The notes: a model not told the origin generated them from the letters alone. A stretch of 64,000 bases of DNA from Candidatus Daviesbacteria bacterium (GCA_028712705.1 JAQTPP010000003.1:52-64051), one strand, 5' to 3'; positions 1 to 10,099 are shown, counted from the first letter of the stretch. A program made the numbers and translations.

Positions 1-132
1 GGGTTAAATAAAGGAACAACATTCACTGTGGCTTTGCCTGTTGCAACACCTGCTGTTTTGAAAGATATAAATAAATATCAGGTAAAACCAGAAGGTGAAG
101 CCAAGGGATTGGAACCGGCAGTTATTTTATGA
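1..132 (+). CDS. Sensor histidine kinase, C-terminal fragment (HATPase_c end; 5' truncated by window edge)
   Basis: Frame-1 translation GLNKGTTFTVALPV... ending at TGA 130-132. Resembles the G2 box/C-terminus of histidine kinases. Lies directly upstream of a receiver-domain gene. Confidence 0.55.
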   Translation, partial: GLNKGTTFTVALPVATPAVLKDINKYQVKPEGEAKGLEPAVIL

Positions 133-144
133 TATAGATAAACT

Positions 145-531
145 ATGGATAATCAACAAAAGAAAATTCTTCTTGTAGAAGACGACCAGTTTTTAAGGGA
201 GTTTTATCAAGAGCTTTTGCAGGCGGAGGGTTATTTTATAGATGTTGCGGCGGATGGAGAGGTCGGTTTATCTAAAATACAAAGTAATGAATACAACCTG
301 ATTCTTTTGGATATTATGCTTCCTAAAAAAGATGGCGTGCAGATTTTAAGAGATCTTAAACTAAAGCCTGCTAAGTCGTCAAATTTGACTGTTGTCATTT
401 TAACAAATTTAGGGCAGGATTCGGTTGTCAAAGAGTGTTTTGATTTAGGGGCAGCAGGGTATTTAATTAAATCTGCCTTAAACCCGGATCAAGTTTTAAC
501 AGAGGTTAAAAGTTACCTGCAAAAGAGTTAA
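145..531 (+). CDS. Response regulator receiver domain protein (CheY-like, stand-alone REC)
   Basis: KILLVEDD...LILLDIMLPKKDG...AGYLIK, the classic REC motifs with the phospho-acceptor Asp. 128 aa. Confidence 0.85.
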   Translation: MDNQQKKILLVEDDQFLREFYQELLQAEGYFIDVAADGEVGLSKIQSNEYNLILLDIMLPKKDGVQILRDLKLKPAKSSNLTVVILTNLGQDSVVKECFDLGAAGYLIKSALNPDQVLTEVKSYLQKS

Positions 532-1346
532 TGATTATCCCAAAAATTATTTATTCGGATGACCGGTTATTGGTATTGGATAAACCTCCGGGATTAGTGG
601 TTGATCCTGCTGAAAGCGTTAAGGGAGAAACTTTAGCTGATATTTTGCAAAAAGATTTTAACATTAAGCTTTTCCGCGGTGGGATAGCGCACAGGTTGGA
701 TAAAGATACTTCGGGATTAATTTTGATAGCTAAAACTCAAGCAGTTTTGGAAAATTTACAAAGCCAATTTAAAGAAAGAATAGTCAAAAAAGAATATTTA
801 GCATTGGTTCATGGGCATATTAAAGACATTGGGATAGTGGATGCATCTATCATCAGAAATCCATTAAATAGAGAAAAGTTTACTGTAGCCTCGCAAGGCG
901 TCCCCCTGGAGGCTAGGCCCGCCTGCCAGCGCCTGAGCGTAGCGATGGCGGGCAGGGAGGCAGTAACGGAATATGAACCCGTCAAGTTATTAGTTATGAG
1001 TTCGGAGTTGATAGAAAAGATTTTTGAAGGATTCAATAAGATTCAACTTCGTAAACTACGAACTATGAACTACCAACTTTATACTCTTTTAAAGTGTAAA
1101 CCAAAAACTGGACGGACACATCAAATTAGGGTACATTTAAAATATATCAATCATCCGATCGTTTCGGATGAAAAATACTCAGGCAGGAAAATGAATAGAT
1201 TAGACAAAAGATGGTGTCCGAGAATGTTTTTACATGCTGCTAAGATTGGGTTTAAGCATCCGGTAAGCGGGGAGTGGATGGAGTTGGAGAGTGAATTACC
1301 GGAAGATTTAGAGAAGGCGTTAAGTCTATTGTCATCCCAGATATGA
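531..1346 (+). CDS. RluA-family 23S rRNA pseudouridine synthase
   Basis: HRLDKDTSGLILIAKT catalytic Asp motif and GRTHQIRVHL motif. Contains a GC-rich in-frame island at 885-965. Confidence 0.85.
   Translation: MIIPKIIYSDDRLLVLDKPPGLVVDPAESVKGETLADILQKDFNIKLFRGGIAHRLDKDTSGLILIAKTQAVLENLQSQFKERIVKKEYLALVHGHIKDIGIVDASIIRNPLNREKFTVASQGVPLEARPACQRLSVAMAGREAVTEYEPVKLLVMSSELIEKIFEGFNKIQLRKLRTMNYQLYTLLKCKPKTGRTHQIRVHLKYINHPIVSDEKYSGRKMNRLDKRWCPRMFLHAAKIGFKHPVSGEWMELESELPEDLEKALSLLSSQI
885..965. repeat. GC-rich in-frame island inside rluA (palindrome-containing, related to dispersed repeat family 2)
   Basis: The run gtccccctggaggctaggcccgcctgccagcgcctgagcgtagcgatggcgggcagggaggc sits in an otherwise AT-rich gene. 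It shares cctgagcg and cctcgcaa sub-motifs with the atpG and atpD elements. Confidence 0.4.
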
Positions 1347-3049
1347 ACAACATTTTTATACAACTTGCCATTATTTTAAGTTTTTCATCTATCCTGGGGA
1401 TGGTTGTTTATAAGTTTAAATTACCCCTTTTAATCGCTTATCTTGTTACCGGTTTACTGCTTTCTATTGCCGCTACTTTTGATATTAGTAAGTCTTTGGC
1501 TCTATCTTTTTTACCGGATATCGGCATTGCCTTTGTTTTATTTTTAGTGGGGATGGAGCTGGATCTCCGTGAACTTAAGAATTTTGGCAGACAAATCCTG
1601 ACTGCCGGTATTTTGCAAGTGATTATTACCGCTACACTCGGTACATACATTGCCCAGAGTTTTGGTTTTAATACCCGGGAAGCAATATATTTGGGGTTGG
1701 GTTTATCTTTTTCATCAACCATGCTGGTAGTAAAATTGCTGATTGACAAAAAGGACTTAACTTCTTTATACGGAAAACTGTCAGTCGGGGTGTTGCTTTT
1801 GGAAGATTTGCTGGCTGTTGTTATTCTTTTGGTCATAGGTTCTTCGATGTCAATCTTGAACATAGGAGAATCTAATATCATGTTGCTTTCTATCCTGGTT
1901 TTTAAAGTGGTGGTCCTTTTTGCTATGGCGATCTTGATAAGCCGTTATATTTTAGCCGTTGTTTTTAAGGCTATATCTGATTCGGGCGAGCTGCTTTTAT
2001 TAACTGCGCTAGCCTGGTGTTTCGGATTTATCACCTTGTCTATGTTAATGGGTTTTTCCATACTTATCGGGGCTTTTTTGGCCGGGGTGGCTTTGGCATC
2101 CAGCCCTTATCATTTCCATATTCAAGGTAAGATTAAACCCATGCGGGATTTTTTTACCGCCCTTTTCTTTGTCTATTTAGGTACACGGGTTAATTTTTCG
2201 CTAAACAATATCTCTCTGTTGCCGCTGATTTTAATTTTTACAACTTATGTAATTTTAATTAAACCGGTGATTTTCTTGCTTTTGTTTGGGCTATTCGGTT
2301 TCCGGAAGCACACTATGTTTAAAACCGCTATCAATTTATCCCAGGTTTCCGAATTTTCCATGATTATCCTGTTGGTCGGATTTAAGGCAAATCTGGTTAG
2401 CCAGAATGCTTTAACGGTGATTGCCCTGTCTTCTGTTATTTCATTTATTGCATCATCTTTGATGATTTCGAAATCGCATGCGATCTACAAATTGGTTTCT
2501 TCTGCAGTTTCATTTTTTGAAAGAAGAAAGCATCTGGTATTTGAAAAAGAAGCGGATGCGGAATTATCAGATCATGTAGTGGTGATAGGAGCTCACCGGG
2601 TGGGCGGGGAGATAGTCAGGTTTTTAAAAAAGGAAAAATATCCGATGGTAGTTTTGGATTTTAATCCCCATCAGGTTGAAACGTTATTGAAAGAGGAAAT
2701 ACCTGTTATTTACGGGGATATGTCTGATCCGGAAGTTTTAGACATACTGAATTTAGATACGGCAAAAATGATTATTTCAACCGCACCCGACCTTGGGGAT
2801 AGCAAAACTTTACTGGAAGATTTAAAGCTTAGGAAGATAGGTATTCCGATAATAATCAGGGCAGAAACCATCAGGGAGGCCCAGGGATTATATAAACTGG
2901 GAGCGGATTTGGTTATACTGCCGGAAGTGATGGCAGGAGATTTACTGCTGGATATGTTAAGAGATCACTTAAACGAGAAAAGTTATTTTAAGGATAGGCC
3001 CAGGATTGAACTGGAAAAACTCTCCCGTAAAACACTGTCCTGGGGTTGA
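1343..3049 (+). CDS. Kef-type monovalent cation:proton antiporter (CPA2) with C-terminal RCK/TrkA-N domain
   Basis: About 12 TM helices followed by VVVIGAHRVGGEIVRFL, a Rossmann GxGxxG RCK domain. ATGA overlap with rluA. Confidence 0.8.
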   Translation: MNNIFIQLAIILSFSSILGMVVYKFKLPLLIAYLVTGLLLSIAATFDISKSLALSFLPDIGIAFVLFLVGMELDLRELKNFGRQILTAGILQVIITATLGTYIAQSFGFNTREAIYLGLGLSFSSTMLVVKLLIDKKDLTSLYGKLSVGVLLLEDLLAVVILLVIGSSMSILNIGESNIMLLSILVFKVVVLFAMAILISRYILAVVFKAISDSGELLLLTALAWCFGFITLSMLMGFSILIGAFLAGVALASSPYHFHIQGKIKPMRDFFTALFFVYLGTRVNFSLNNISLLPLILIFTTYVILIKPVIFLLLFGLFGFRKHTMFKTAINLSQVSEFSMIILLVGFKANLVSQNALTVIALSSVISFIASSLMISKSHAIYKLVSSAVSFFERRKHLVFEKEADAELSDHVVVIGAHRVGGEIVRFLKKEKYPMVVLDFNPHQVETLLKEEIPVIYGDMSDPEVLDILNLDTAKMIISTAPDLGDSKTLLEDLKLRKIGIPIIIRAETIREAQGLYKLGADLVILPEVMAGDLLLDMLRDHLNEKSYFKDRPRIELEKLSRKTLSWG

Positions 3050-3074
3050 CAACTTTGTAACTATTGTGTATACT
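3046..3074 (+). promoter_or_regulatory. Sigma-70-like promoter (TTGACA-N17-TATACT) with flanking inverted repeat ttgtaact/agttacaa; likely leaderless toxin-antitoxin promoter/operator
   Basis: TTGACA at 3046-3051 and TATACT at 3069-3074, with the ATG at 3084. A palindrome overlaps the -10. Confidence 0.4.
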
Positions 3075-3083
3075 TTAGTTACA

Positions 3084-3362
3084 ATGACTACAGTAATCCA
3101 TATTAAAGCTGATTATGAAGTTAAAAAGAATGCTCAAAAAGCAGCCAAAGATTTGGGATTGTCCTTGTCTGATGTAATCAACGCAGCTCTCCGGAATTTT
3201 ATCAGAACCAGGGAAGTTGTCTTTTCTGATATTCCTCAAATGACTCCTGAACTGGAAAAATTACTGGATAGAGTGGAAGACGATATAAAGCATAACCGTA
3301 ATCTTTCTCCTGCATTTGAAAATGGTGAAGAAATGGATAAGTATCTTGATTCGCTGCGATAA
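3084..3362 (+). CDS. RelB/DinJ-family antitoxin (ribbon-helix-helix)
   Basis: MTTVIHIKADYEVKKNAQKAAKDLGLSLSDVINAALRNFI matches the DinJ N-terminal RHH pattern. Immediately upstream of a YafQ-like toxin. Confidence 0.7.
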   Translation: MTTVIHIKADYEVKKNAQKAAKDLGLSLSDVINAALRNFIRTREVVFSDIPQMTPELEKLLDRVEDDIKHNRNLSPAFENGEEMDKYLDSLR

Positions 3363-3365
3363 TCC

Positions 3366-3623
3366 ATGAGAATCAAGCTTCATAAGGATTTCCTAAAACA
3401 ATACCAGAAGTTGAGAGCAAACGAAAAGAAAAAATTTAAAGAGAGAAGAAATTTATTTTTGCAGGATGAGTTTAATCCTGTTTTGAATAATCATTTATTA
3501 AAAGGTAAGTATTTAGGGTATAGAAGTATTAATATAACGGGCGACCTGCGAGCTATTTATAGAAAGAAAACTACTGAGATCATGTTTGTTGCAATAGATT
3601 CACACAGCAACTTATACGGTTAG
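3366..3623 (+). CDS. YafQ/RelE-family mRNA interferase toxin
   Basis: LKGKYLGYRSINITGDLRAIY...HSNLY aligns with the YafQ core (GxWKGYRDxHIxPDWxLIY...H). 85 aa. Confidence 0.75.
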   Translation: MRIKLHKDFLKQYQKLRANEKKKFKERRNLFLQDEFNPVLNNHLLKGKYLGYRSINITGDLRAIYRKKTTEIMFVAIDSHSNLYG

Positions 3624-3700
3624 GCAATACAAAGGAGGCCTCTATGGGTTATGAGGTACACAATTTTAACTTTGCATACCTCATACACCCATATATAGTT

Positions 3701-3910
3701 TTAAACCGCTGGTGCGCCTCCACCTTGTTCACCGCTTCCATTTTCAGGTTCAGTGGGTAAAGAGGGTGTAGACTCAGGAGCTTGTGGCTCAGGAGTTTGC
3801 GGTACACCTGGCATTTCAGGTTCTGCTGGTGGCGGAGCAGTTGGTTCTGCCGGCTGGTCCTGGTTTGGGTCAGCTGGAACAGCGCCTCCGGGATTATTTT
3901 GATCATCCAT
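3701..3910 (-). CDS. Hypothetical small Pro/Glu/Gln-rich acidic protein
   Basis: ORF with a GGGGGTG RBS about 8 nt upstream. Low-complexity PAEPTAPPPAEPE. An alternative overlapping frame at 3649-3906 was rejected. Confidence 0.35.
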   Translation of the reverse strand: MDDQNNPGGAVPADPNQDQPAEPTAPPPAEPEMPGVPQTPEPQAPESTPSLPTEPENGSGEQGGGAPAV

Positions 3911-3992
3911 TATTTTAATTCACCCCCTTTCATTACTCACTTTAACTAATAACTAGTTGCCAGGTCAATACCCGATTAGGTAACATGAGAGT

Positions 3993-4994
3993 ATGCGGAA
4001 AAAAGGCTGGAAAGATGTTCAATCCAGGACAAAGCAGAACAGAAGAACAAAACTTGCGATTTTCGTTTTAGCACTGGTAGCGGGAATGTTGATTCTGTCC
4101 TGGGCAATTCAATTTACGCAGCGCCTATTTAGCCCTTTAGGAACAGTCAATCAGCAGCGAAATTATGTCTGGAATGGGGAATTTAATATCAATCTGTTAG
4201 TTAGAACTTCACATACCGCTTTGCTCTCTTATAACCCGAAAGAAGAAAAAATAACTATCATAAAAGCGCCGGACGAGCTTTTTTTAGACGTGCCTTTTGG
4301 ATTTGGCAAATGGCAGCTCCGTGCCATATATGAACTTGGACAAACCCAAAAGGAGATGGGTGGAGACCGTTTATTAAAGGAGACATTAACGAGTTTTTTT
4401 GCCGTGCCCATTGACGGGTTTTTGGATTTTAGCTCGCTTCAACCATCAAAATCCGCTTCCGAAATAGTGGAAATACTTAAGAAAAATCCTTTTTCAGGCT
4501 TAAATTTATTATCTTCTTTAAAGACGGATTTAACGGTATGGGAGCTTTTAAGGCTTAAAGTTAGCCTAAGCAATGTGAGGTTTGATAAAGTTAAAGAGCT
4601 GGATCTTATTAGTCTTGGCGTGCTGGAGCGGGAGAATCTTCCTGATGGTACAGGGGTGCTGACAACAGACCCGATTAAGCTGGATAGCGTTTTATCTGAT
4701 TTTATAGATCCTGCGATTGTTTCGGAACATAAAACTATTGCGGTTTTCAATGCAACAGATAAGGTTCAGCTGGCAGGGAAATGGGCCAGGCTGATTACGA
4801 ATCTGGGCGGTAATGTGATTATTACAAATAATGCCAGGGAAAGATTAAAAAAGACAGCAGCGCAGGGAGAGGAGTCGCTTACTTTAAAAAGAATACGGCA
4901 GATTTTTTGTGATACAATCAACTCTTCAGAAGATGTAATTTCTTCTCGCGCCCAGATAGATTTATTTATCGGAGAAGATTACTTAAACAAATAA
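3993..4994 (+). CDS. LytR-CpsA-Psr (LCP) family cell-envelope protein
   Basis: N-terminal TM helix, then FNINLLVRTSHTALLSYNPKEEKITIIKAPDELFLDVP and a C-terminal LytR_C-like region. Confidence 0.65.
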   Translation: MRKKGWKDVQSRTKQNRRTKLAIFVLALVAGMLILSWAIQFTQRLFSPLGTVNQQRNYVWNGEFNINLLVRTSHTALLSYNPKEEKITIIKAPDELFLDVPFGFGKWQLRAIYELGQTQKEMGGDRLLKETLTSFFAVPIDGFLDFSSLQPSKSASEIVEILKKNPFSGLNLLSSLKTDLTVWELLRLKVSLSNVRFDKVKELDLISLGVLERENLPDGTGVLTTDPIKLDSVLSDFIDPAIVSEHKTIAVFNATDKVQLAGKWARLITNLGGNVIITNNARERLKKTAAQGEESLTLKRIRQIFCDTINSSEDVISSRAQIDLFIGEDYLNK

Positions 4995-5006
4995 TTTATT
5001 ATCACC

Positions 5007-5690
5007 ATGATTTTGTGGCTACTACTTTTTTTACTGGTTATCGGGATATCGTTTATTTTAGCATTCCGGTCAATGAGGGATTACCAGGAGATACCTCAAA
5101 AAGTCAATGTGGATTATAGTTTATTTCTCATACGCCAAGTTAAAACTTTTGATGTCAAAATTCTGGATACCATCCGTCAAGAGGTACTTGTCAAAGGGAA
5201 AATAGTTAGTTTTGAAAGGCTTTTAAAAGGGTCCGAGACAGCGCTTACTGTCTTTGGTCCGAAAAATATTCTATGCAGGTTTCAAAACGAGCTAAATCTA
5301 TTAGAATTGGAAGATTATGCGGCGGAATTTACAGACAGTGCAGTTTCCGTTTGGGAAGTAGGAGTAAAAGAGGCTGCCAAGTTAAACCATGATCATTTCA
5401 GTGATATTTTTAGCAATCTTCCTAAACTTGAACCGGATGAGCATTTTTTTTGGCAAGTGATAATTAGTAAAGACCAAGTTCAAATCCGGGCTGCAGTTTC
5501 TTCCAGGGATCCCATACGAAAGAAAATACTTGCATCAGCGCAAAATTTGAATGCCGGAGGACTTGTTAAAATCCCAAAACCGTTTTCAAATAAGCAAATG
5601 ATTGAATTCTACAAAACAAGAAGTTTCAGTAAAGACAATTCCGGATTAATTTTAGACTCCGCAGGGATAATGCGTCTTTTAAAGGTTTAG
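5007..5690 (+). CDS. Hypothetical membrane-anchored protein
   Basis: N-terminal TM helix (LWLLLFLLVIGISFILAF). No recognisable motif. Confidence 0.5.
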   Translation: MILWLLLFLLVIGISFILAFRSMRDYQEIPQKVNVDYSLFLIRQVKTFDVKILDTIRQEVLVKGKIVSFERLLKGSETALTVFGPKNILCRFQNELNLLELEDYAAEFTDSAVSVWEVGVKEAAKLNHDHFSDIFSNLPKLEPDEHFFWQVIISKDQVQIRAAVSSRDPIRKKILASAQNLNAGGLVKIPKPFSNKQMIEFYKTRSFSKDNSGLILDSAGIMRLLKV

Positions 5691-6445
5691 GTTTCTTGTT
5701 CCTCTTCAACATCTTCATCTTCTTCGCTATTGGCTCCATCAAACGAGGTTAAGATGTCTGTTGTGACACTGGAGTTAGAATATTCCAAAAAAGACGGCTG
5801 GTTTTTAAATTTTTTACTTCGGAAAGTTTCTTTAATAATGACGGACAGGCTATTTATTCTGACAGACTTGACAAATAGTTCGTATTTGTTGCCCCCTTTG
5901 GACAGTCTCAACAAATGATGGTTAATGTCGTCGGGCAGTACCCCAAGATAATCCCCGTTTAAATCAGTGATGGTAATTTTTCTGTTTTTTATTACCATTT
6001 CTACCTTCATTCCACAAAAGGCGGAGATAAGTTTTTGAGGTTCGGCTACTTTCAAAAGACTCACAATTTTTGTTTTACCCGGTTCTTGTAAAAAAAGGGA
6101 TGGGGAAAGTTTGGTATGGACGCAGCCGGCTGAGGATTGTTTATTGTTAGGGTCCTGAGTCGTTAGTTTGCACCAGTTGGATTTAAAAGACTTTATAATC
6201 CTTAAGTTTTTTTGGGCAATCGGGTTATAAGGATCAACGCTTAAGGCTTCCGAGTAGTATTTTTTTGCCAAATTCGCTCTGCCAAGTTCCATGTAAGCTT
6301 TAGCTTGGCGATTGAGGGCATCTACGTTTTGCGGGTCAATTTTTATGACTTGTTTATTAAGTTTAATTGCCAGCTCCCAATTGGAATCCAGCGCTGCATT
6401 TATTGCTTGCTCGTGAAGGCTTGCAGGTTCAAAGGAGTTGTCCAT
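5687..6445 (-). CDS. TPR-repeat protein with acidic C-terminal tail
   Basis: N-terminal TPR-like repeats (DPQNVDALNRQAKAYMELG...ALSVDPYNPIA). C-terminus EEDEDVEEEQET. Confidence 0.6.
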   Translation of the reverse strand: MDNSFEPASLHEQAINAALDSNWELAIKLNKQVIKIDPQNVDALNRQAKAYMELGRANLAKKYYSEALSVDPYNPIAQKNLRIIKSFKSNWCKLTTQDPNNKQSSAGCVHTKLSPSLFLQEPGKTKIVSLLKVAEPQKLISAFCGMKVEMVIKNRKITITDLNGDYLGVLPDDINHHLLRLSKGGNKYELFVKSVRINSLSVIIKETFRSKKFKNQPSFLEYSNSSVTTDILTSFDGANSEEDEDVEEEQET

Positions 6446-6513
6446 CTAAGTGATGAAGTATAGATAGAAAGTAGACAGGTTGTCAACATTTCGTGTTTTA
6501 TTCGCAGTCATCC

Positions 6514-6536
6514 AAATTCACCCTAGGGGTGAATTT
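6514..6536. repeat. Perfect 23-bp palindrome AAATTCACCCTAGGGGTGAATTT (AvrII core); a second copy of the 21-bp core lies in murD
   Basis: Seen directly in the intergenic region between divergent genes. The 21-mer CACCCTAGGGGTGAATTTAGG recurs at 24036-24056. Confidence 0.6.
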
Positions 6537-6562
6537 AGGGTGATATGTGAAAGTATAAGCTT

Positions 6563-7033
6563 CTAGCTACTGGTATTAGATTGCTTAATTAACCTACACT
6601 CTTTGACGCGAGAAGTGGTAATTGTCTGCCAGTGGCTATAATCTTCGCTTCCAGAAGGACCATCATGTCTAACCAGCTCTACTCTCATATCTTTTTTGAT
6701 CTGGTGGAGTAGTAACGAAGAGCCACCCCAGGTTGCTCCTTTAATTTCAACATTATCCACCGGTCCTTTGAATTTTTCTTCAAAATATCCTCCATGTATT
6801 GTCCCGCTACATGATCGTCTTTTTTCACCCTCTAGAAAAGCAGGTTCATCCACCCTAAAGACATATATAGAGTTATTTTTAGAGCTAGTGGAAAAAACAA
6901 TGATGTCTCCCTTTTTAACAGTAGAGAGATCCAAGCCTTCTAGAGCATCAGTTTCTTTAGCAAGTGTCGTAATATTCCACCAGGGTAATATCCCACCAGG
7001 GAATCGGGGTTTTTCTTCTGGGGTTTCTGTCAT
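6563..7033 (-). CDS. Hypothetical protein
   Basis: 156-aa ORF. No recognisable motif. Confidence 0.45.
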   Translation of the reverse strand: MTETPEEKPRFPGGILPWWNITTLAKETDALEGLDLSTVKKGDIIVFSTSSKNNSIYVFRVDEPAFLEGEKRRSCSGTIHGGYFEEKFKGPVDNVEIKGATWGGSSLLLHQIKKDMRVELVRHDGPSGSEDYSHWQTITTSRVKECRLIKQSNTSS

Positions 7034-7082
7034 TTTGCTATTATATCAAATAGATTAAAATCATGATAGAATCGTCAAAGAT

Positions 7083-7826
7083 ATGTCCGGGCATTCAAAG
7101 TGGTCAACAATCAAGCGGCAAAAAGGGGTAGCAGATATTAAGCGCGGGCAGACTTTTACTAAGCTTGCCAATGCTATTACTATTGCTGTGAAATTGGGTA
7201 ACTCAGGCGATCCAGAATCAAATCCTCGTTTAAGGATGGTAATGGAGGATGCGAAAGCTGTTAATATGCCTAAGGAAAATGTAGGGCGGGCAATAGATCG
7301 CGGTTTGGGTAAGTTGCCTGGTCAGAGTTTGGAAGAGATGATTTATGAAGGATTTGGACCTGGTAAGGTGGCATTTTTAGTAGAAGGAGTAACTGATAAT
7401 AAACTGCGGATCTTGCAGGAGATTAAAAATTTTTTTGAAAGAAACGGAGGGAATTTAGCCGGACAGGGAAGTGTGGCGTATATGTTTGACAGGGTGGGAG
7501 AAATCAGAGTAAGGAGTAAAGGTGGAAACGCAGAGGAAGAAATGCTGGAACTGATAGATCTTGGCGCGAAAGACGTTGAAGACTATTTGGTAAACAGCAT
7601 ACAAATGTATTTGGTATATACAGAGAGCCCAGAATTAAATACTATGAGTAATAAAATTACTCAGGCAGGATATGGAGTAGAGTCGCAGGAGCTAGTGTTT
7701 AAACCAAATGCCTTAGTTTCAATAAATGATCCGGAAACAGCCAAAAAAGTTTTGGATTTTACAGGGAAGTTAGAAGAGTTGGATGATGTACAAAAGGTGT
7801 ATGCTAATTTTGAGATATTAACATGA
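7083..7826 (+). CDS. yebC: YebC/PmpR-family transcriptional regulator
   Basis: MSGHSKWSTIKRQKGVADIKRGQTFTKL is the hallmark N-terminus. Conserved yebC-ruvC gene order. Confidence 0.9.
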   Translation: MSGHSKWSTIKRQKGVADIKRGQTFTKLANAITIAVKLGNSGDPESNPRLRMVMEDAKAVNMPKENVGRAIDRGLGKLPGQSLEEMIYEGFGPGKVAFLVEGVTDNKLRILQEIKNFFERNGGNLAGQGSVAYMFDRVGEIRVRSKGGNAEEEMLELIDLGAKDVEDYLVNSIQMYLVYTESPELNTMSNKITQAGYGVESQELVFKPNALVSINDPETAKKVLDFTGKLEELDDVQKVYANFEILT

Positions 7827-8356
7827 TTATACTTGGAATTGATCCTGGAACAGCTACCACCGGTTATGGAGTCATAAAAATACCGGATGATATATTAAGT
7901 CGGGAATTTAACTACAATATAGAACTGATAGCTTATGGAAATATCAGCACGCCCAAAGATAAACTAATGCAGGACCGCTTGCATATGATACACAGCGAAC
8001 TAACCTCGGTTATTAAAAAATATCAGCCGGACCAGATGATTTGCGAAATGTTATTTTTCGGGGCCAATACCAGAACTGCCATTATGGTAGGACAGGCGAG
8101 GGGAGTGATTATGTTAACAGCTTCTCAGCATAACATTCCGTTTCAAGACTATACGGGTTTGCAGGTGAAACTTTTGGTTGCCGGGTCAGGTAGAGCTGAT
8201 AAAAATCAAGTCCATGACGGGGTAAGGAAATTTTTAGGAACCTCCGGTAGAAAACGGAATAAGCTAAAAGTAAATTGGAAAGGTGGACACCTGGATGATG
8301 CCACAGATGCGCTGGCAATTGCTATCTGTCATGTGCTTAAATTAGCTGCGAAGTAA
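7823..8356 (+). CDS. ruvC: Holliday junction resolvase RuvC
   Basis: IILGIDPGTATTGYGVI and DATDALAIAICH catalytic motifs. ATGA overlap with yebC. Confidence 0.9.
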   Translation: MIILGIDPGTATTGYGVIKIPDDILSREFNYNIELIAYGNISTPKDKLMQDRLHMIHSELTSVIKKYQPDQMICEMLFFGANTRTAIMVGQARGVIMLTASQHNIPFQDYTGLQVKLLVAGSGRADKNQVHDGVRKFLGTSGRKRNKLKVNWKGGHLDDATDALAIAICHVLKLAAK

Positions 8357-8369
8357 GAAAAAGGGGAGC

Positions 8370-9152
8370 ATGAATTTAAACTTAAATAAAAGACAAAAAA
8401 TAGTTATTAGTTCAGTTTTATTAACTATAGGACTTCTTTCAACGCAACTGGTTGATTTTAATCTAAGATTTAGATTTTTGGGAGGGCTTGCGGTTTTCGC
8501 ATATATTCTTTCCTTCTGGTCTCTTTGGGAGGGTTTAAATGTAACCAAAGCATTTATGCTTTTGATTTTACCGACCTTTTTTACAGTGGCTGTCGCAAGC
8601 TTTTATTTTCTTTTGCCTGTGCGCTGGCTAACGAGACTGCCGGTAGCTTTTATATTTGGCCTGACTTTCTATCTGTTGCTTTTGGCGCAGAATGTATTTA
8701 ATGTGGCATCTTTGCGGACGATTCCTTTATACAGGGCGGCATCAACGGCGAGTTTCCTTTTTACGCTTCTTTCAGCTTTTTTTATATACCATGTAATTTC
8801 CGCTTTTAATTTATTTTTTCTGTGGAATGGGGTAGCGGTCATGGTAGTAAGTTTTTTATTAATTCTACAAGTGCTTTGGACTTTTAAAATGGAGGATACG
8901 ATTTCGGTAGCAATTATTATACAGAGTTTTGTCTTAAGTTTAATCCTGGGAGAGTTGGCCTTAAGTTTTTCATTTTGGCCGTCTCCGACAACAATTTGGT
9001 CGCTATCTTTATCTTCCGCCATGTATGTTCTTTTAGGTTTAACTACTCAGTACTTAAGGGATAAGATGACTAAGAGAATGATGTGGGAGTATTTGATTAT
9101 AGGGGCAATTGTACTTTTGGTTAGTTTTTTTACAACTTCATGGAACGGGTAA
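8370..9152 (+). CDS. Hypothetical polytopic membrane protein
   Basis: About 7 predicted TM helices. No motif. Confidence 0.5.
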   Translation: MNLNLNKRQKIVISSVLLTIGLLSTQLVDFNLRFRFLGGLAVFAYILSFWSLWEGLNVTKAFMLLILPTFFTVAVASFYFLLPVRWLTRLPVAFIFGLTFYLLLLAQNVFNVASLRTIPLYRAASTASFLFTLLSAFFIYHVISAFNLFFLWNGVAVMVVSFLLILQVLWTFKMEDTISVAIIIQSFVLSLILGELALSFSFWPSPTTIWSLSLSSAMYVLLGLTTQYLRDKMTKRMMWEYLIIGAIVLLVSFFTTSWNG

Positions 9153-9366
9153 ATATAATTCAAAGTTCAAAATTATATTGATAGAATAAGCTAAAGTAGG
9201 GAAGTGAGAGAGTTTACACTGAGCGATCCGGCGCAGCCGGAGAGTCGAAGTGTGAAAATTTTCTTTATTTTCGTGAAAAGAATAATTGATGTGGTTTGAT
9301 ATAGTCGACAGGTACGGAAGGCAAAAACTATGGGGTATGTTTTTCCAAAAATTAGGATCGATTCTC

Positions 9367-9434
9367 TGTCATTCTGGCTTGTCCAGAATCAAGATTCTGG
9401 TGTCAGTTGAAGTCTCAACTTCCCCAGAATGACA
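9367..9434 (+). repeat. MITE-like element, family 1 copy A (TIR TGTCATTCTGG...CCAGAATGACA)
   Basis: 68 bp with 11-13 bp terminal inverted repeats and internal palindromes. About 75% identical to copies at 11189-11258 (inverted) and 28931-28997. Confidence 0.7.
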
Positions 9435-10099
9435 TAGGATTGCATATTCTTTTAGCATGGTTTGTGGATAAGTGCTAAATAATACCGGACGTAGGTTTCC
9501 CGAAACCTAACGAAGCCTCCTGGAGAAGAGAGGTGCTTCTCTTTCTGCCTTTATGCAACCTTAATCAGATGTTTATTAGTAGAAATAGGTATGTTTATTC
9601 AGGTGCTGTTTCTGTAATACTCCTCTTTGCGAGAAAGGTTACAAACTTCCCTATATTTTGATGTCGCACAATATGTGAAACAGTAAAAAACGGAGAAGTG
9701 GTTTGGTTACCTACAGGTATGGCATTTAATCGGTAAGGGTACAAAAATAAGGAAAAATTTCATGTACTTAAATTATGGTAATTCCCGTCCAATTTTTCAG
9801 CCAATTTTATTCCATGAATTTTAAAATATCTAATAAGCAATTTAGGGCTTCATATAGAGCTAAAGTCTATATGAGATAACCTACGTCTTATCCCCTGAAA
9901 AGCCGTTTTTGGGCCATTTACGGGCCTCGTGTCTGGCTAGCCTCATTTGCATGCATCCAGCCCTGGCGGGGGTGAGGAAAAATCAAATCAGCAATTTCCA
10001 TAGCCAGACTATTGTGCATACTTATATTCTTCTCCCGCTATCGGCGGGATCAGAATGACAAATTCGCTGGAGAAAACTGAATTAATGCTACTTTAATGC

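Noticed and set aside
3649-3906. Alternative 85-aa frame overlapping the Pro-rich small ORF on the minus strand
   Set aside because: The same locus has a better candidate (3701-3910) with an RBS. This frame lacks one and has no coherent composition. Neither is strongly supported.
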